Assembly: GCF_004010195.1 (NCBI RefSeq)
Contig: NW_025215242.1
Coordinates: 1-61,734, forward strand
DNA from: Chiloscyllium plagiosum
Lineage: Eukaryota
Length of the DNA stretch: 61,734 bases
Reading direction: 5' to 3'
The notes under the pieces were generated by a model. The model was not told the origin of the DNA. It saw only the letters and a list, made by a program, of their open reading frames with translations, and did no database searches. The number at the start of each line of letters is the position of its first letter. The stretch's first letter is position 1. Below, in pieces: positions 10,865 to 24,759 of this stretch. Both the position numbers and the translations under genes were made by a program.

Positions 10865-13800
10865 CTGGCATCTGTGACTGTACTTTCTATTCAGCAAAAC
10901 CCGTGCTCTCTTAAAGTGACCGGACATGATTTCGGCTTCATAACACCTCCCCGCTTCAGGAAAAAAAACATGAAGCAGCAGAATGNNNNNNNNNNNNNNN
11001 NNNNNNNNNNNNNNNNNNNNNNNNNNNNNNNNNNNNNNNNNNNNNNNNNNNNNNNNNNNNNNNNNNNNNNCACCTGCCCCCTTCAGGAAAAAAAAAACAT
11101 GAAACAGCAGAATGAAAAGATGGCTTCATTTCTTTTCCTCTAATTCTTAATCCCATTATTATGAATTACAAAAGTATTAATCTCAGCTATACCATACATA
11201 TTAATTCTGCACACATAACTAACATTGCAATAAGTCAAATCTTATCTAAACTTTTTCCTATAAATCTGCGATAACACATCTGCTATCACATTTTAGGACC
11301 CACAGCATGTACATTTTGTAAGTTTAAAGTCGGTAAAATAAGACTCCAATGAAATACTCTCATATTCTGTTCTTTGAATATTCAAAAAACTGCGAGAGTT
11401 TTGTCGTTGACCACGATCATCTCTGACAATTTGTTTGTCATATAAACATTAAAATATTGTCAGTCCAGTGCGAAACTTAATCATTCTTTTTCAATAATGG
11501 AGATGTTGCTTTTTTTTCTGGTGGATATTGAGTTTTTTCGGCAAGTAGCTAATTAGCAATTCAATTCCATCATCATCTTACTGTATCAATACATCTCCGA
11601 GCCCCATATCCCGAGCATCAAATGCAATTTTCAAAGGTTTTCAAAATATTTGGTTCAGCTAAAACTGGTGCGGTGATTAATCCTGCTTTAAAATTCTCAA
11701 ATGCCTCCTGGCATTGTTCTCTCCATCATAATTCTGTGTTCTTTAATAAATCCATCAGTGGTGCCAATGCGCTGCTGAAGTTTGGAACAAACTTCCGATA
11801 GAATCCACTCAGTTCTAAAAATCGAAGCACCTCTTTCTTCGAGGATGGTTGTGGAAATTCCTCAAAGCCCTTCGTCTTTGTGTTGCATGGGGTCAACCTT
11901 CCATGTCCAATGTAATGTCCCTAGAACGTCACCTCTGCCTTCGAGAATTCTGTTTTCTTTAAGTTTATTACCAAGTTTGCTTCTTTCAATCGTTCACCAT
12001 GGTCTACCAGCTGTAACATGTGAGCTTTCAATCACTTGCTAAAGAACACTACATCATACAGGTAAACTACACAATTTGTACATCTGGCCACAACTATGTT
12101 CCTGAGTCTTAAATGGGTCTGGAGCATTATTCATTCACATGGCGTACTCTAACTTTTTTGTCATCTCCGGTATCTTTACCAGATAGTTGAACTGACTCAA
12201 CACTTTTTTAATTTGAAAGGGGCCATTAAAACTGGCAATACTAATATGTCATCCCCATGGGAAATCGTCAAAGTTTCAGAGTTTTTATCTGCCACCTGCT
12301 TCATTCCATGCTGTATCCTCTTCAGGTTCTGTTTCGCTAACTCACATATTCCATCTAATCTTTCCCTCACCTCAGATACATAATCCAAGTGTGAGATCTT
12401 CGATTTCGGTCCGGTCAGTTTATAGTTAATTAATTTCAAAGGACCTCTCACTTCATATACGAATATTTACTCAAAGGAAGTAAAGTGAGTAGATTTATTT
12501 GGGGCATCTCTAATGTCAAACAATATAATGAGACACCTTTATTCCAATCATTCTGTATCTTTCAGCCCACTTGCCCCCCCGCCACATTCCTGACGATGGG
12601 TTTATGCCTAATATGTCGATTGTCCTGCTCTTCGGATGCTGGCTGATCTGTTGTGCCTTTCCGGCTCCTTGCTTCTCAACTATTCGATACTGAATAGATC
12701 CCGTATCTTGCAAAATTATAACTTCTTGTCCTCCCCCACACCCCATTTTTTCTTAGTAAGGTTTATGTACCTAGGCGAATTCTTTATAGAGATCAGGCAC
12801 TGACTCCATACCCAGCCCCTGCCTGGGCTATGCACTCTCCTGCAGCTCCTCGGCTGTACTTGGGGTCTCCTTTACCAGGTTCACTAGTATCATTGGCTTA
12901 AAATCTTTTACTACATATTTTCCCAAAGTTTCTTCCTTCAACCCACAGCACTGTGTGTCCCAGCTTACTGCAGTGAAAACAACTTTTCCCAGTGCCGTTC
13001 TTAAACCATCGGCACTGTTATTTTATGTGTTCCACTCCATTATAGTGAGAACACCTAAGGCCTTTCACCACCTTTCACCCCCCATTGGCTTCTTTTTCAC
13101 CGGTGGTAAACTATTGCCAGTGTGCTTTTCTCTATGTTTTGTAGTGTAGGATCTCCCCTTCTCCCAATTCCTATTCCTTAACAGGATGAAAATACTCCCA
13201 GAAGCTAAATTTCATCTCATGCACCAATGAATACTTAACTGCCATTACTGCTGCGCTTCTCACTTCTTGAAATTCCTGTTCATTCACATGAATTCTTACC
13301 GTCTCTGGAAGTGAGTCTTTAAACTCGTCCAGCAGAATAATCTCCCATCGGGCCTCACAGGTCTTATCTTTTTGTAAGGCCTGCACACATTTATCAAAAT
13401 GACTGTGGTTATTTCTTTCAAACTCAACATAACTCTGACTTGATTCTGCCTCTATATTTCTGAACCGCTGTCTATATTCTTCTTGTACCAATTCATAAGC
13501 ACTCAAAATAGCCTATTTGACATCTGCATAATGTCTTGTTCCCTCATGTGGCAGCAGTGCACAAACCTGTCAAGCTGTGCCAACCATCTTAGTCTGAACT
13601 AGCATTACCCACATATTCACTGGACATGCCATCTGCCGAGTCAATTTTGCAAATGAAATAAAAAAGGTTTTGGAATTTTTCTCACCGAAATATTGCAATG
13701 TGTTAACACAGTTGTATATATCCCTACGTTCTTCCTTTATCTTCATTCTGATGATTTAACTTTATTAGCTAATTCGAAACTTCTGAATTTCAAATTCTCC

Positions 13801-14410
13801 CCATCTTCCTTTTTCCTCACTTTCTCTTTCGCTATCTTCTCTCTCTCTTTCTGTCTCTCTCTTTATCTTTTAACTCCAATTGCTCCACTTGCAATTTAAG
13901 TTTTTTCTAACTCGACTGCAGTTGCCTGCTACTCTGATACACCAAAGTGCTTGACCAACTCCATTATGGTGACAGCTTTCCTTTTGTCCCTGGTGAAACC
14001 CAATTCTAATCTACATGTTAATTCTAAAAGTATGCCCTTCCTTTGTCTTTCTAAACTTTGTCGGCAAATTTGTGAATCATCTTCAAAGCTCAGAACCTCT
14101 TTAGTAATGTTAAAAACCATTTCTTTTAATTTAACCAACCACAAGGAAACAAAATTAAATGAATTTGGTCACCTGTTTTATTTGAAGATCTAGGTCACTA
14201 ACTGCCAAGTGATGGAATCTGCTTGGACCTTTTGCACCCCAAATCTGTTCAAATCCTGCACGACAAGCACTCAAACCGTTATGATGGCGAAATCGAACTC
14301 CCCTGTTAATTAAACCACACACCCAGAAAAGCTCACCTCGCCTCGTACTCTGTTAAAATATGAGTGACAGAGAAGTCCCAAATTCGACTATTAAGAGAAA
14401 AATAACCATT
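10865..14410 (-). mobile_element. Decayed, internally deleted Gmr1-like Gypsy LTR retrotransposon (gag, integrase C-terminus, RT, RNase H; both LTRs truncated)
   Basis: Gag 'SAYELVQEEYRQRFRN...WEIILLDEFKDSLPETVRIHV' (13171-13506); zinc knuckle 'CFHCSKLGH' near 12970; integrase C-terminus 'RGPLKLI...HLDYVSEVRERL' (12197-12451); RT 'CVVYLYDVVFF' near 12060; RNase H remnants 11400-11640; polypurine tract 10946-10960 abutting the LTR start TGTTA at 10945. A PLE terminus is inserted at ~12545-12740. Confidence 0.85.
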
Positions 14411-14412
14411 TA

Positions 14413-14800
14413 TAAGTATGCAAGTTCGCTCGCTGAGCTTGAAGGTTTGTTTTCAGATGTTTCGTCACCATGATTAGGTATCATCAGTGAGAGTCTCTGG
14501 TGATGCACTGGTGGTATGGCTCGTCTTTCTATTTATAGGTCTTGGTTTCTTAAGGTGCGTGATATCATTTCCAGTTTTTTGTTCAAGGGAAGGTATATAG
14601 CATCTAAATTGATGCGTTTATTGATATACTTCTGGCTAGAATGTCATTCTTCTAAGAACTTTCGTGCGTGGCTTTGTCATAGGAAGTGTGTGTTGTCATA
14701 GTCAACGTTGTGTCCTTTTTTGTCTGTATGTATGGAAACGAGTGATAGTGGGTCATGTCTTTTGGTGGCTAGTTGGTGTTCATGTATCCTGGTAGCACAA
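14413..14800 (-). mobile_element. Penelope-type retroelement 3' end (GIY-YIG endonuclease C-terminal part plus terminus)
   Basis: Minus translation 'RIHEHQLATKRHDPLSLVSIHTDKKGH...INKRINLDAIY'; hammerhead-like motif at 14452-14492. Confidence 0.8.
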
Positions 14801-14879
14801 CAACAAAACATTTGAATTAAGATCAGTTAAATGCTTTTGCGGATTGTGTCAGCTTGGAAGCATGACCCGGGGAGACAGA

Positions 14880-15240
14880 CCCTCAGCATAATGAGAGTAT
14901 GAAAATGGAATTATTTCCACATCAGAAACCAGGTTAGGTCACTGACTGCAGGGCTGATGGGTGAATGGGTCTCAGTGAGAATTGGGGAACAGACAGCAGA
15001 ATTGCATTGCAGGTATTGCAGCTCGAAACTGCGTATTCATGGAGTGCTGTAGACCACAGCATCAGGAGAGGCAGACATGCATTAAACCACAACCACATTT
15101 TGCCAGGATTACACCTCAGTCTGCCATTATCATCAATACCATCTATGGCTCAGTGACGAGTGTGGGTGAACACATCAGAGTCAGAATCACATGAACCTTA
15201 ACCTGATGCTAACTCATTAAAGCTACCGGACTTGACCAAC
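14880..15240. repeat. Low-copy block D, copy 1
   Basis: Colinear with 48350-48660 plus 49630-49665 ('ccacatcagaaaccagg', 'agtgacgag.gtgggtgaa', 'cattaaagctaccg'). Confidence 0.8.
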
Positions 15241-16310
15241 AGATCTGAACGAAGCCCTGCAGTTCTGCCACATTCAGTCATAAATGATGATGGACGATTA
15301 AACAAATGACGGAGGAAAGGGCTCCACAAAAACCCCCATCCTAAATAATGGAACAGACCTGCACATCAGTGTAAAAGAGAAGAATGTTTTATCTTCACCA
15401 TCCTCTGCCAGAAGTGTTGAGTCGATGATACACCTCAACCTCAACATGATGCCCACAAAATTACAGATGTCAATCTTCAACCAATTCGATTTGCTGTACA
15501 TATCATGAAGAAATGGCTGAACACAAAGGCTTTGGGCCCTGACCCCATTCCTGCAATAGGACTGAAGGCTTGTGCTACACAAGAAGCCATGTCCCTGGGG
15601 AAGATGTTTCATTCCAGATACAACTCTAACATGTCCCTGGCAATGTGGAAAATTACTCAGCTATGTCCCATTCCCTAAGAGTGGATTAATTACAATCTGA
15701 CCAGTTACTCCCCCCTCAGTCCCATCACGACAGTAAAATTGGTGGGAGTTCTTTTTGACGGAGCCGTCAAGCAGCACAGAAATAACCTGTTCAGTGTGGT
15801 TTCCGACAGGTTCCCATGTGGAGATGGTGCTGCTGTGGAAATGTCACTGGATTACTACTCCAGACCAGGCTAATGCTCTGGCAGCTGGTGGAAGTTAAAA
15901 AAACAATTAATAAAATATCGAGATCTAAAATCTGGTGTCAGTAATAGTGACCTTGAAGCCAATATTGATTGTAAACAGAATATCCTTCTCCAATATACTT
16001 TTAGGAAGTGACTCTCCCGTGATTTCCTGGGCTGGCCTCCAACTGACTCCATAGACCCTGACATGTGATAAACATTTCAATGGTCTCTGAAACGGCCAAA
16101 TAAGGGCACTACTCCGAGTTCTGAAAGGATGAAACCGGACTGAACATCCAGCCTCAGCACCAGTGTCGGAAAAGGGAATGGGAACACAGTCCTGTCGACC
16201 CTGCAGAGACCCCGTTCCTAACATCTGAGAGCTTGTGACAACATTTCCCATAGACTGCACAGCAACAGCGGGAAAGGAGGAGGTCATACAACACTTTGAG
16301 CCTCCCCATT
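15240..16310 (+). mobile_element. Fragments of the CR1/L2-group LINE family seen at 17540-20390 and an associated SINE-like segment
   Basis: 15240-15800 resembles the reverse complement of parts of 18750-19320; 15950-16100 resembles 35970-36110. Confidence 0.55.
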
Positions 16311-16399
16311 CTAGTTCATGGAAAAAATCTCCTCAATGCACTTACCCCAAATGATATACATATCCGTTAATGTGAGTAACCTTGGGAAGCTATAAAATA

Positions 16400-17520
16400 G
16401 TAATAGTATGTTTGGTCCATCGTGTTTGCTACCCAACTCAATATAATGATGGTTGGCCCTTCATTTCCACACCGTACTCCTGCTCTCCAACCATCCCTTT
16501 ACTGTCTCTAAATCCTTATTTATAATCAGTGTCTTGGTTTCCAGGTGCGAGAGAATTCCCCATATTCACCAGTCAGTGAGTGAAAAATGGCCTGTCTGTA
16601 CTTAATACTGTGGCTCCTTGTTTTAGACGTCCCAGCCAGGGGAATTATCATTCCTGCTTTCAATCTGTCTCACCTTGTCAGAGTTTTGTATGTTTCACTG
16701 AGATCTCCACTCATTTTCCTAACTCCCATGGAATACTGGCCCAGTCACCCCAAACTCTGCTCCCACAACAAGCCCGTCATACCAGAGATCAGTCTGGTCA
16801 TCCTTCACTGCTCTCTATCAATGTCAGGTTTGTCATTTATTAGGTACGGAGATCAAAACTGCCCACAATACTGCACAATGTTTGAGATGATGTCTCACCA
16901 AGTCCCGGTACAGCTACAGTGAGACACCCTTTCTCCTGGACTCAAAACCACCTGAACTGAAGATTAGCACACGATTTATCTTCTTAACTGCTTTCTTTCC
17001 TGCAATATTGCTTTCAGTGACTGGTGTACAAGGAGATCCAGATCCTTATCAATGTTATAGCTCCCCACTTGCTGGTTCGATGTACACTGGTCAGCGTGAC
17101 AATGTCATTCCTAGTGTTGACTTCTGGTTACAGAACTCACTGCACTGCAGGAAGCTCAGATGCTTATGCAGAAGGAAACAACAAAAAGGAACATACGTCC
17201 CTTTGTCGATCAACATGTTTCAACCAATCCCTTTCAAATGGTAGGCTGCCAATTTATCATTTCCATCAAAGGGCACACCGTCACCTCTGTCCACATTGTT
17301 CTCCCTCTGTCACGTATTTACCCATTCACTCCACTTGTCTTCGTCTTCTCGGTGCTTTTTTACATCCTCCTCACCCACTCACAATCCCACATTCGTTAGT
17401 GCTATCAGCAGGTTGGGATATATTGTATCTGATTCCAGCAACCAAATGTTTAAAGGGGATTGTGAATAGCTGTGCCCCAAGGACTGATCCCTGTGACACC
17501 TCAGCAAACCTCCTCTGTTA
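16400..17520 (-). mobile_element. Old CR1 RT/3' fragment
   Basis: Reverse-complement CR1 motifs ('gaccaaaactgcacacaatact'-like at 16850; 'ccccaaggactgatccctgtgacacc' corresponding to GVSQGSVLG). Confidence 0.7.
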
Positions 17521-17539
17521 ATTTCTATTTATTTATTTC

Positions 17540-20390
17540 GTTAATGTGGGTGTCACTGGCTGGGCCAGCATTTATTGCCTGTCCCTAATTGCCCTTGAGA
17601 AGGTGGTGGTGAGCTGCCTTGTTGAACGCTGCAGTCCACCTGCTGCTGTTGACCTCCAATGCTATAAGGGAGGGAATCCCAGGATTCTGACCCAGTGACT
17701 GTGAAGGAGCGGTGATATATTTCCAAGTCGGGATGGTGACTGGCTTGGAGGGGAACCTAAAGATGATGGTATTTCCATACATCTGCAATCCTTGTCCTTC
17801 TAGACAGACGTGGTCGTGAGTTGGGAAGGTGGTCTCTGAGGATCTTTGGTGAATCATTTCATTGCAGCATGTGGATAGTAAAACATTGCTGCTGCTGCTG
17901 AGCGTTGATGGTGGAGCATTGTGGATGAAGGGACAGTCAGACTGGTTGTTTTTTTCTGGATGGTATAAAGCTTCTTGAGTGTTGTTGGAACTGCACTCAT
18001 CCAGACAAATTGGGAGTCTCCTATTACACTTCTGACTTACGCATTGTAGATGATGGACAGACGTTTGGAAGTCAGGATGTGAGTTACTCGCCGCAGTATT
18101 CCTAGCTTCGGACCTGTTCTTATAGCTACTGTGTTCATGTGGCGAGACCAGTGAGTGTCTGAGCAATGATTACCCACCAGGAATCGGATACTGGGGGATT
18201 CACTGATCGTAACACCATTGAAAGCCAAGGGGTAGGTTAGATTGTATTTTATTGGTGATGGTCATGGTCTAGCATTCGTGTAGGCTGAATATTACTTGCC
18301 ACTTGTCAGCCTAGATACTGTCCAGATCTTGTCGCGTTTGAACATGGACTGCTTCAGTATCTGAAGAGCCACAAATGTTGTACAATCATTGGCGAACATT
18401 CCCACTTCTGACCTTAAAATGGAGGGAAGGTCATTGATGAAGCAGCCCTGAAGAAGTTTTCGGCCACTGCTTGAGGGACTCCTACAGACTTGGAGCTGAG
18501 TTGACTGACCTTCATCAACCATGACCACCTTCCTACGTGCCAGGTATGAATCTTACCAGCGGGGAGGTTGCCTCTGATACCCATTGATTCCAGTGTTGCT
18601 AAAGAACCTGATACCACACTTGGTCGAAGGCAGTTTTGATTTAAATGGCTATCGCTCTCACCCCACCTCTGGAATTCAGCTCTTTTGTCCATGTTTGAAC
18701 CACAGTAATGAGGTCAGGTGCTGAGTGGCCCTGGCGGAGCCCAAACTGGGCGTCATTGACCAGGGTATTGCTGGGCAAGTGCTGCTTAAAAGCACTGAGA
18801 TCTTCCACCACTTTACTGATGATCGAGAGTAGACTGATGCGAGGGTGATTGGCCGGATTGGATTTGATCTGCTTTTTGTATACTAAAGATACTTGGGGTA
18901 ATTTTCCACATAATCAGGGAAAGCCATTGTCGTTACTGTGTTGAAACAGTTTGGCTAGGTGAGTGGCAAGTTATAGAGCACATGTTTTCAGTACTATTGC
19001 CAGAATGTTGTAAGATTATGGACCCTTTGGAGTATCCAGTATCTCCAACCATTTCTGGATATCACATGGACTGAATCGAATTGGTTGATGACTGGTAACT
19101 GAATTGCTGAAGACCACTGGTGGAGGCTAGGATCATGCACCTAGCCCTTCTGATTGAAGGTTGTTGCGAATGGACCAGTCTTATCTTATACACTGAAGTG
19201 CTGGGGTCTTCCATCATGGAGGAAGGGGTTATTTGTGGAATATCTTCCTCCAGTGAGTTGTTTAATTGTCTCCAACGTTTCTAGACGAGGTGTGGAAGGA
19301 CTGCACAGCTTAGATCTGATCCTTTGCTTGTGGGATCACTTAGCTCTATCTATCACTTATTGCTTATGCTGTTTGGTGCACAGGTTGTCCTGTTTGGTGG
19401 CATCACCAGGCTGACACCTCATTGTCAGGTCTGCCTAGTGCTGCTCCTGCCACCCTGCACACTCCAGTAAACCAATGTTGATCCTCTGGATTGATGGTAA
19501 TTGTTGTGAGGGGGATATACCAGACCATGAGGTTGTGTGGTGTACAATTCTGCTCCTATAGTTGAACCACAGCACCTTATGGACACCCAGACTTGAGCTG
19601 CCAGATCTGTTCGAAGTCTGTCCTATTAAGCACCGTGATAGTACCACCCACAATGGTGGAGGCTATTCTCAATGTGCAGCTGTGAGTTTGTCTCCACAAT
19701 CACTATGCGGTGGCCACTCTTACCGATACTGTCACGGACCACTACTTCTGCAACTAAAAGATTAGTAAGTCTGTGGTCAGTATGTATTTTCCTCTTGTTG
19801 GTTCCTTCACCACTTGCCAGTCTAGCAGTTATATCCTTTCGGACCCGTCCAGCTCGATCATTGTTGCTGTAGCTGAGATGCTCTTGCAGGTGAACATTGA
19901 AATCCGCTACCCAGAGTACATCTTGCGTCAGTGCTACCCTCAGTGCTTCCTCCAAGTGTTGATCAACATAGAGGAGTACTGATTCAACATTTAAAAGTGG
20001 CTGGTACATGGTAATCAGCAGGACGTTTCCTTTCCCATATGTAAACTAATGCCATTAGACTTCATGGGATACCGAGTCACTGTTGAGGACTCCAAGAGCA
20101 ATTCCCTTTCAACTGTATCCCAATGTGCCGCCACTTCTGCTGTATCCGTCCTGCTGATGAGACAGGAGATATCCGGGGAAGGTGATGGGGAGTCTGGGAC
20201 ATAGTCTGAAATAGATCATTCACTCAGTACTTCTGACTGAAGATTGTTGCGAATAAATCAGCCTTATCTTAGACAGTAAAGTGCTGGGTTTTTCCATCAT
20301 GGAGGAAGGGGTTATTTGTGGAATCTCTTCCTCCAGTGAATTGTTTAATTTCCCCAACGTTTCTTGACTAGATGTGGAAGGACTTATACC
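17540..20390 (-). mobile_element. Decayed CR1/L2-group non-LTR retrotransposon ORF2 (endonuclease plus RT) with 3' tail
   Basis: Endonuclease 'LWVADFNVH...RDSIGKSGHRIV' (19626-20009); RT 'CFINDLPSILRSEVGMFANDCT' (18292-18528); tail 'ggcaataaatgctggcccagccagtgacacccacat'; many stops and frameshifts. Confidence 0.85.
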
Positions 20391-22169
20391 TTACAGAATC
20401 ATAGCTTACAGACAATGTCAGGCTGTTGCTTGATGAGGCTGTTTATTTCTATTCACTGTTTCCTGCCAGCTGTCCCATTCTAGAAACATGCCCATGCATT
20501 AGCCCCAATCCACTAAGATTTAATTTTGCTAGCTGGGCTTGGAGCTTTACCAAACTTTTTCTAAAAATCAAAATGTTTAACATACATTGCTTCTCTTTAA
20601 TTTGTCTCCCAGTCTGTTTCTCAAACATAATTCCCATTTCAAAAATTATGTTAGTGTTGTCTATGACCATTACTTTCAGCCCAATACTTTCTCCTCAACC
20701 ATTTACTTACTATGTTCTATGTTGCACGTACTCTACCATTTTCCCACACCAGACTTGGTTTTCCTTGTATTGTTTGAGATTTCTGTGAAGACAGAACGGA
20801 AGTAGTGGCTTCATAGTTCTGCCATTTCCCTGTTCCCCATTCTCCATTCTCTTGTCTCAAACTGTAAGGAAACTGCACTTGTTTTCTCATATTTCTCACA
20901 CTCACATGATTTAACAAGTTATTACAGTTCACTCTTATAACCCTTGTGAATATACTCTTCAGAAACTCGTCAATTCTTGGCTTGATAATTGGCCTTCCAC
21001 ACCATACACTCCCAGGAGCATCGACTCTGTGCCTACAGAAGTACAGCACGATCTATATTAGTCCCACTTTCCTACAGCAGTTCTATCTCCGGCATCTGTA
21101 GTCCCCACTTCCTCCTCACACCTTCATGGCTTGCATGACTCAGATTTATATCGGTTACTTCAAATAAAACAAAAACTGTCGTGTCTCAAAAAACATAAAA
21201 GAAAACCAATACATTTTGGTCACTGTTCCCAAAAGGTCCTTCACAGCAAAATTTTCAATTAGCTCTTTTGATCACTCAACACCAAATCCTAAATAACCTG
21301 ATTCTCGAGCTCAGTGTTCGACATAATGTTCATGTAAACCATCTCACACGTGGTCAGGAAATCCATTTTCCCCAGCATTAGCATTCAATTAGGTTAACAC
21401 AGTTTAGATATAATTTAAACAGTACATTATTACTGCAGTACCCACAAATGCGTATATCTCATTTCCTGTTTTATAACATGTCCAGCATTTGTATTGCAGC
21501 TTTCACTTTGATATATAACTCCCATCAATGTTTGCTCCTCCTTGATGTTTTTGCGCTCCACCTTACTTGATTCTGTGGAATCTGAGCGACGTGGGCTCTG
21601 GGGAGATTCATGGTAGATTCTGGATTAGAGGTGCTGGAAGAGCACAGCAGTTCAGGCAGCATCTGATCTTCAGCGTCTGTAGTTATTGTTTTTACCAGAT
21701 TAATAGTAGAGATCATCTCGCCACATCATTTATGATCTTCTCAAACATTAATTTCTCCAGATCTCCAGTTATGCTGGTGGATTAGAGAAGGACAATGATC
21801 TTCCAACAATGCTCTGTATTCCCCCAGAGAGCTGAGACAGCACTAACCTGGGTGGGAACCTTACAGCAGGCTGGTAAAGTGTTGCTGCTGCTGTATAGGG
21901 TCTTAGTGAGATCACATCTGGAGTAGTGTGTACAGATTTAATCTCTTCAATGAAGAAAGGATGTTATTATATTGGAAGCAGCTCAGAGATGGTCCCCTCA
22001 ACTGATTCCTGCAATGAGGGTGCTAGCTTATAACGAAAGGATGATCAGGTTGACCCAGTAGGCATTGGGGTTTACAAACATTAAAGATGATCTTATTTCA
22101 ACATAGATGACAGGAAGGAGTTAACAAGTGAAGTGAATTACACAGATAGTGAGGAATTCATTCCGTTCT

Positions 22170-22480
22170 CCAGCCTGTTACACAGGAACAACAGGAGGAT
22201 ATTCAGGCCTTCGAACCTGTTACATCAAAGCATGGCGAGGCTATTCAGCCCCTGGAGCCTGATATACATTTACAGAAGGAAGCCAATCAGCCACTCGAGC
22301 CTATAACAGTAGGCCATGCTGCACCAGTATCCTGTTAAACAGCAACAGGATCAGTCCATTCAGCCTCCTCATGTCTGTAACACAGGAACTAAAAGCGGTC
22401 ACACAGTGACTGGAGATTGTTGCACTGGGATAACAGGAGACCATTCAGACCCACCGAGCCTATTGCAAGGGAATTGGATA
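22170..22480 (+). repeat. ~42-bp minisatellite array, degenerate
   Basis: Repeated 'acaggaac..aggagg..attcagcc...gagcctgtt' units. Confidence 0.75.
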
Positions 22481-23316
22481 AGGATAAAAACTATCTGAAA
22501 CTTCTTTCATGAGAAAGGAAGAGGTAATTTAGACACGTGTCTGTTGTATGGGAACAAGAGAAGACCAATCAATTCCTCGGTCCCATCTCTGGGATACATG
22601 AGGAGACCGTTCAGTATNNNNNNNNNNNNNNNNNNNNNNNNNNNNNNNNNNNNNNNNNNNNNNNNNNNNNNNNNNNNNNNNNNNNNNNNNNNNNNNNNNN
22701 NNNNNNNNNNNNNNNNNNNNNNNNNNNNNNNNNNNNNNNNNNNNNNNNNNNNNNNNNNNNNNNNNNNNNNNNNNNNNNNNNNNNNNNNNNNNNNNNNNNN
22801 NNNNNNNNNNNNNNNNNNNNNNNNNNNNNNNNNNNNNNNNNNNNNNNNNNNNNNNNNNNNNNNNNNNNNNNNNNNNNNNNNNNNNNNNNNNNNNNNNNNN
22901 NNNNNNNNNNNNNNNNNNNNNNNNNNNNNNNNNNNNNNNNNNNNNNNNNNNNNNNNNNNNNNNNNNNNNNNNNNNNNNNNNNNNNNNNNNNNNNNNNNNN
23001 NNNNNNNNNNNNNNNNNNNNNNNNNNNNNNNNNNNNNNNNNNNNNNNNNNNNNNNNNNNNNNNNNNNNNNNNNNNNNNNNNNNNNNNNNNNNNNNNNNNN
23101 NNNNNNNNNNNNNNNNNNNNNNNNNNNNNNNNNNNNNNNNNNNNNNNNNNNNNNNNNNNNNNNNNNNNNNNNNNNNNNNNNNNNNNNNNNNNNNNNNNNN
23201 NNNNNNNNNNNNNNNNNNNNNNNNNNNNNNNNNNNNNNNNNNNNNNNNNNNNNNNNNNNNNNNNNNNNNNNNNNNNNNNNNNNNNNNNNNNNNNNNNNNN
23301 NNNNNNNNNNNNNNNN

Positions 23317-24750
23317 TGTTTGCTTGAGTTATTTGAAGATGTCACAAACGAGGTGGATCATGGGAATCTTGGAGCTGGAACATATTTGGTCTTCCTGAAG
23401 GCATCGAATATGTCGCTTCTCCAAAAAGTAAGTGGTAAGATCAGTCAACATGGGTTTAGGAGTAATTTATTAGCTTGGATTGAGGATTGGTTAACCAACA
23501 AAATGGAGTCAGGTGGAATAAATGTGTCATTTTCTTTTGGCAAATGCAATTTGTGGGGTGCCATTGATTTGAGTACTCATGCCTCAACTATTTGCGATCT
23601 ATCGTATTACTGTACTCGATTGACGGGATAGAAAATACATTTTCAGATCACACTAATATCGGTGGGAAATTACTTCGGAATGATGATGCAAGAGATCTTA
23701 AAACTATATGGATAGGTTGGGTGAATGGACTAACATGTGGCAAGGAAAATTAAAATGAATAAATATGGGGCTATTCAAGTTGGCCAGTATAATGGAAAGA
23801 CAAATTATAATCTAAATGGAGGGAAAGTTCAAAGTACTTACGTGCAGAGGGATCTAGGTGTCTGCTTGCATATCATAGAAAACCTGCATGCGGGTACTGC
23901 AAGTAATGAGAAATGCAAGCATAATTTCAGTGTTTATTTAGAAAAGGATAGAGTAGAAAGGTAGGGAGTGTTGGTATAGCTATGCAAGGCATTAGTGAGG
24001 CTGCAACTGGAGTACAGTTTGGGTGTCCTGCGGAATGAGGTATTTACATTGGAGGCAATTCAGAAGAGCTTCATTTGATTGATTCCATATTTGATGTGCT
24101 TGTCTTATGAAGAGAAATTGAGCAGGTTAGGCCGATACTCTCGAGTTTTTAAGAATGAATGGAGATCTCATTGAGGTCTGTAAAATGCTAAAAGTAATTT
24201 AAAGTGTAGACGCGGAGTGGAATTTTTTCATGCGGCGCAATCTACAAAAAGAGACTAGAGTTTTAGGATGGAGAGATGGCAGGAAAGTGGAACACAGGCT
24301 GCATTGACGTCAGCCTCATCGAGGGGTTGGATTCCTCACAGAAGCTCCTTGTTCTTTTTCAACCCTTCGACAGTGTTGCCCAGGAATGGGGGAGGACTGG
24401 GTATCATACAGGAAGCAGGCACTCAGGATAAATCAGTTAGAGAGAACGTAACAGTAGGGTCACACAGTGACCAGCGCTGGGTCCTCAACTATTTCCGATC
24501 TATATTAATGATCAGGAGGATGGAACAGACATACAGATGCTGCGTTTGGTGATGTCGCTGTGATTAGGAAGAGACTAAATTATCAAGAGAGGGTGGAGAG
24601 TCTGCAAATAGATTCAGAGGGGTAAAGGCAATAGATAATAGTTTGGCAGGTGGAATTTAACATGATAAAACCTGTCATTTCATTTACAGGAATAATGGAA
24701 AGCAATATGTTACTGAATGGAGAGGGATTACAAGGCTTAGTGATATTGTG
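23317..24750 (+). mobile_element. Old CR1 RT fragments
   Basis: 'LLELFEDVTNEVDHG...LLAWIEDWLTN' and 'VQRDLGV'. Confidence 0.75.
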
Positions 24751-24759
24751 TACTGGAGG

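Noticed and set aside
10944..11115. About 40-bp direct repeat on both sides of the first gap
   Set aside because: Overlap flanking an N gap; most likely an unmerged contig or haplotype overlap.
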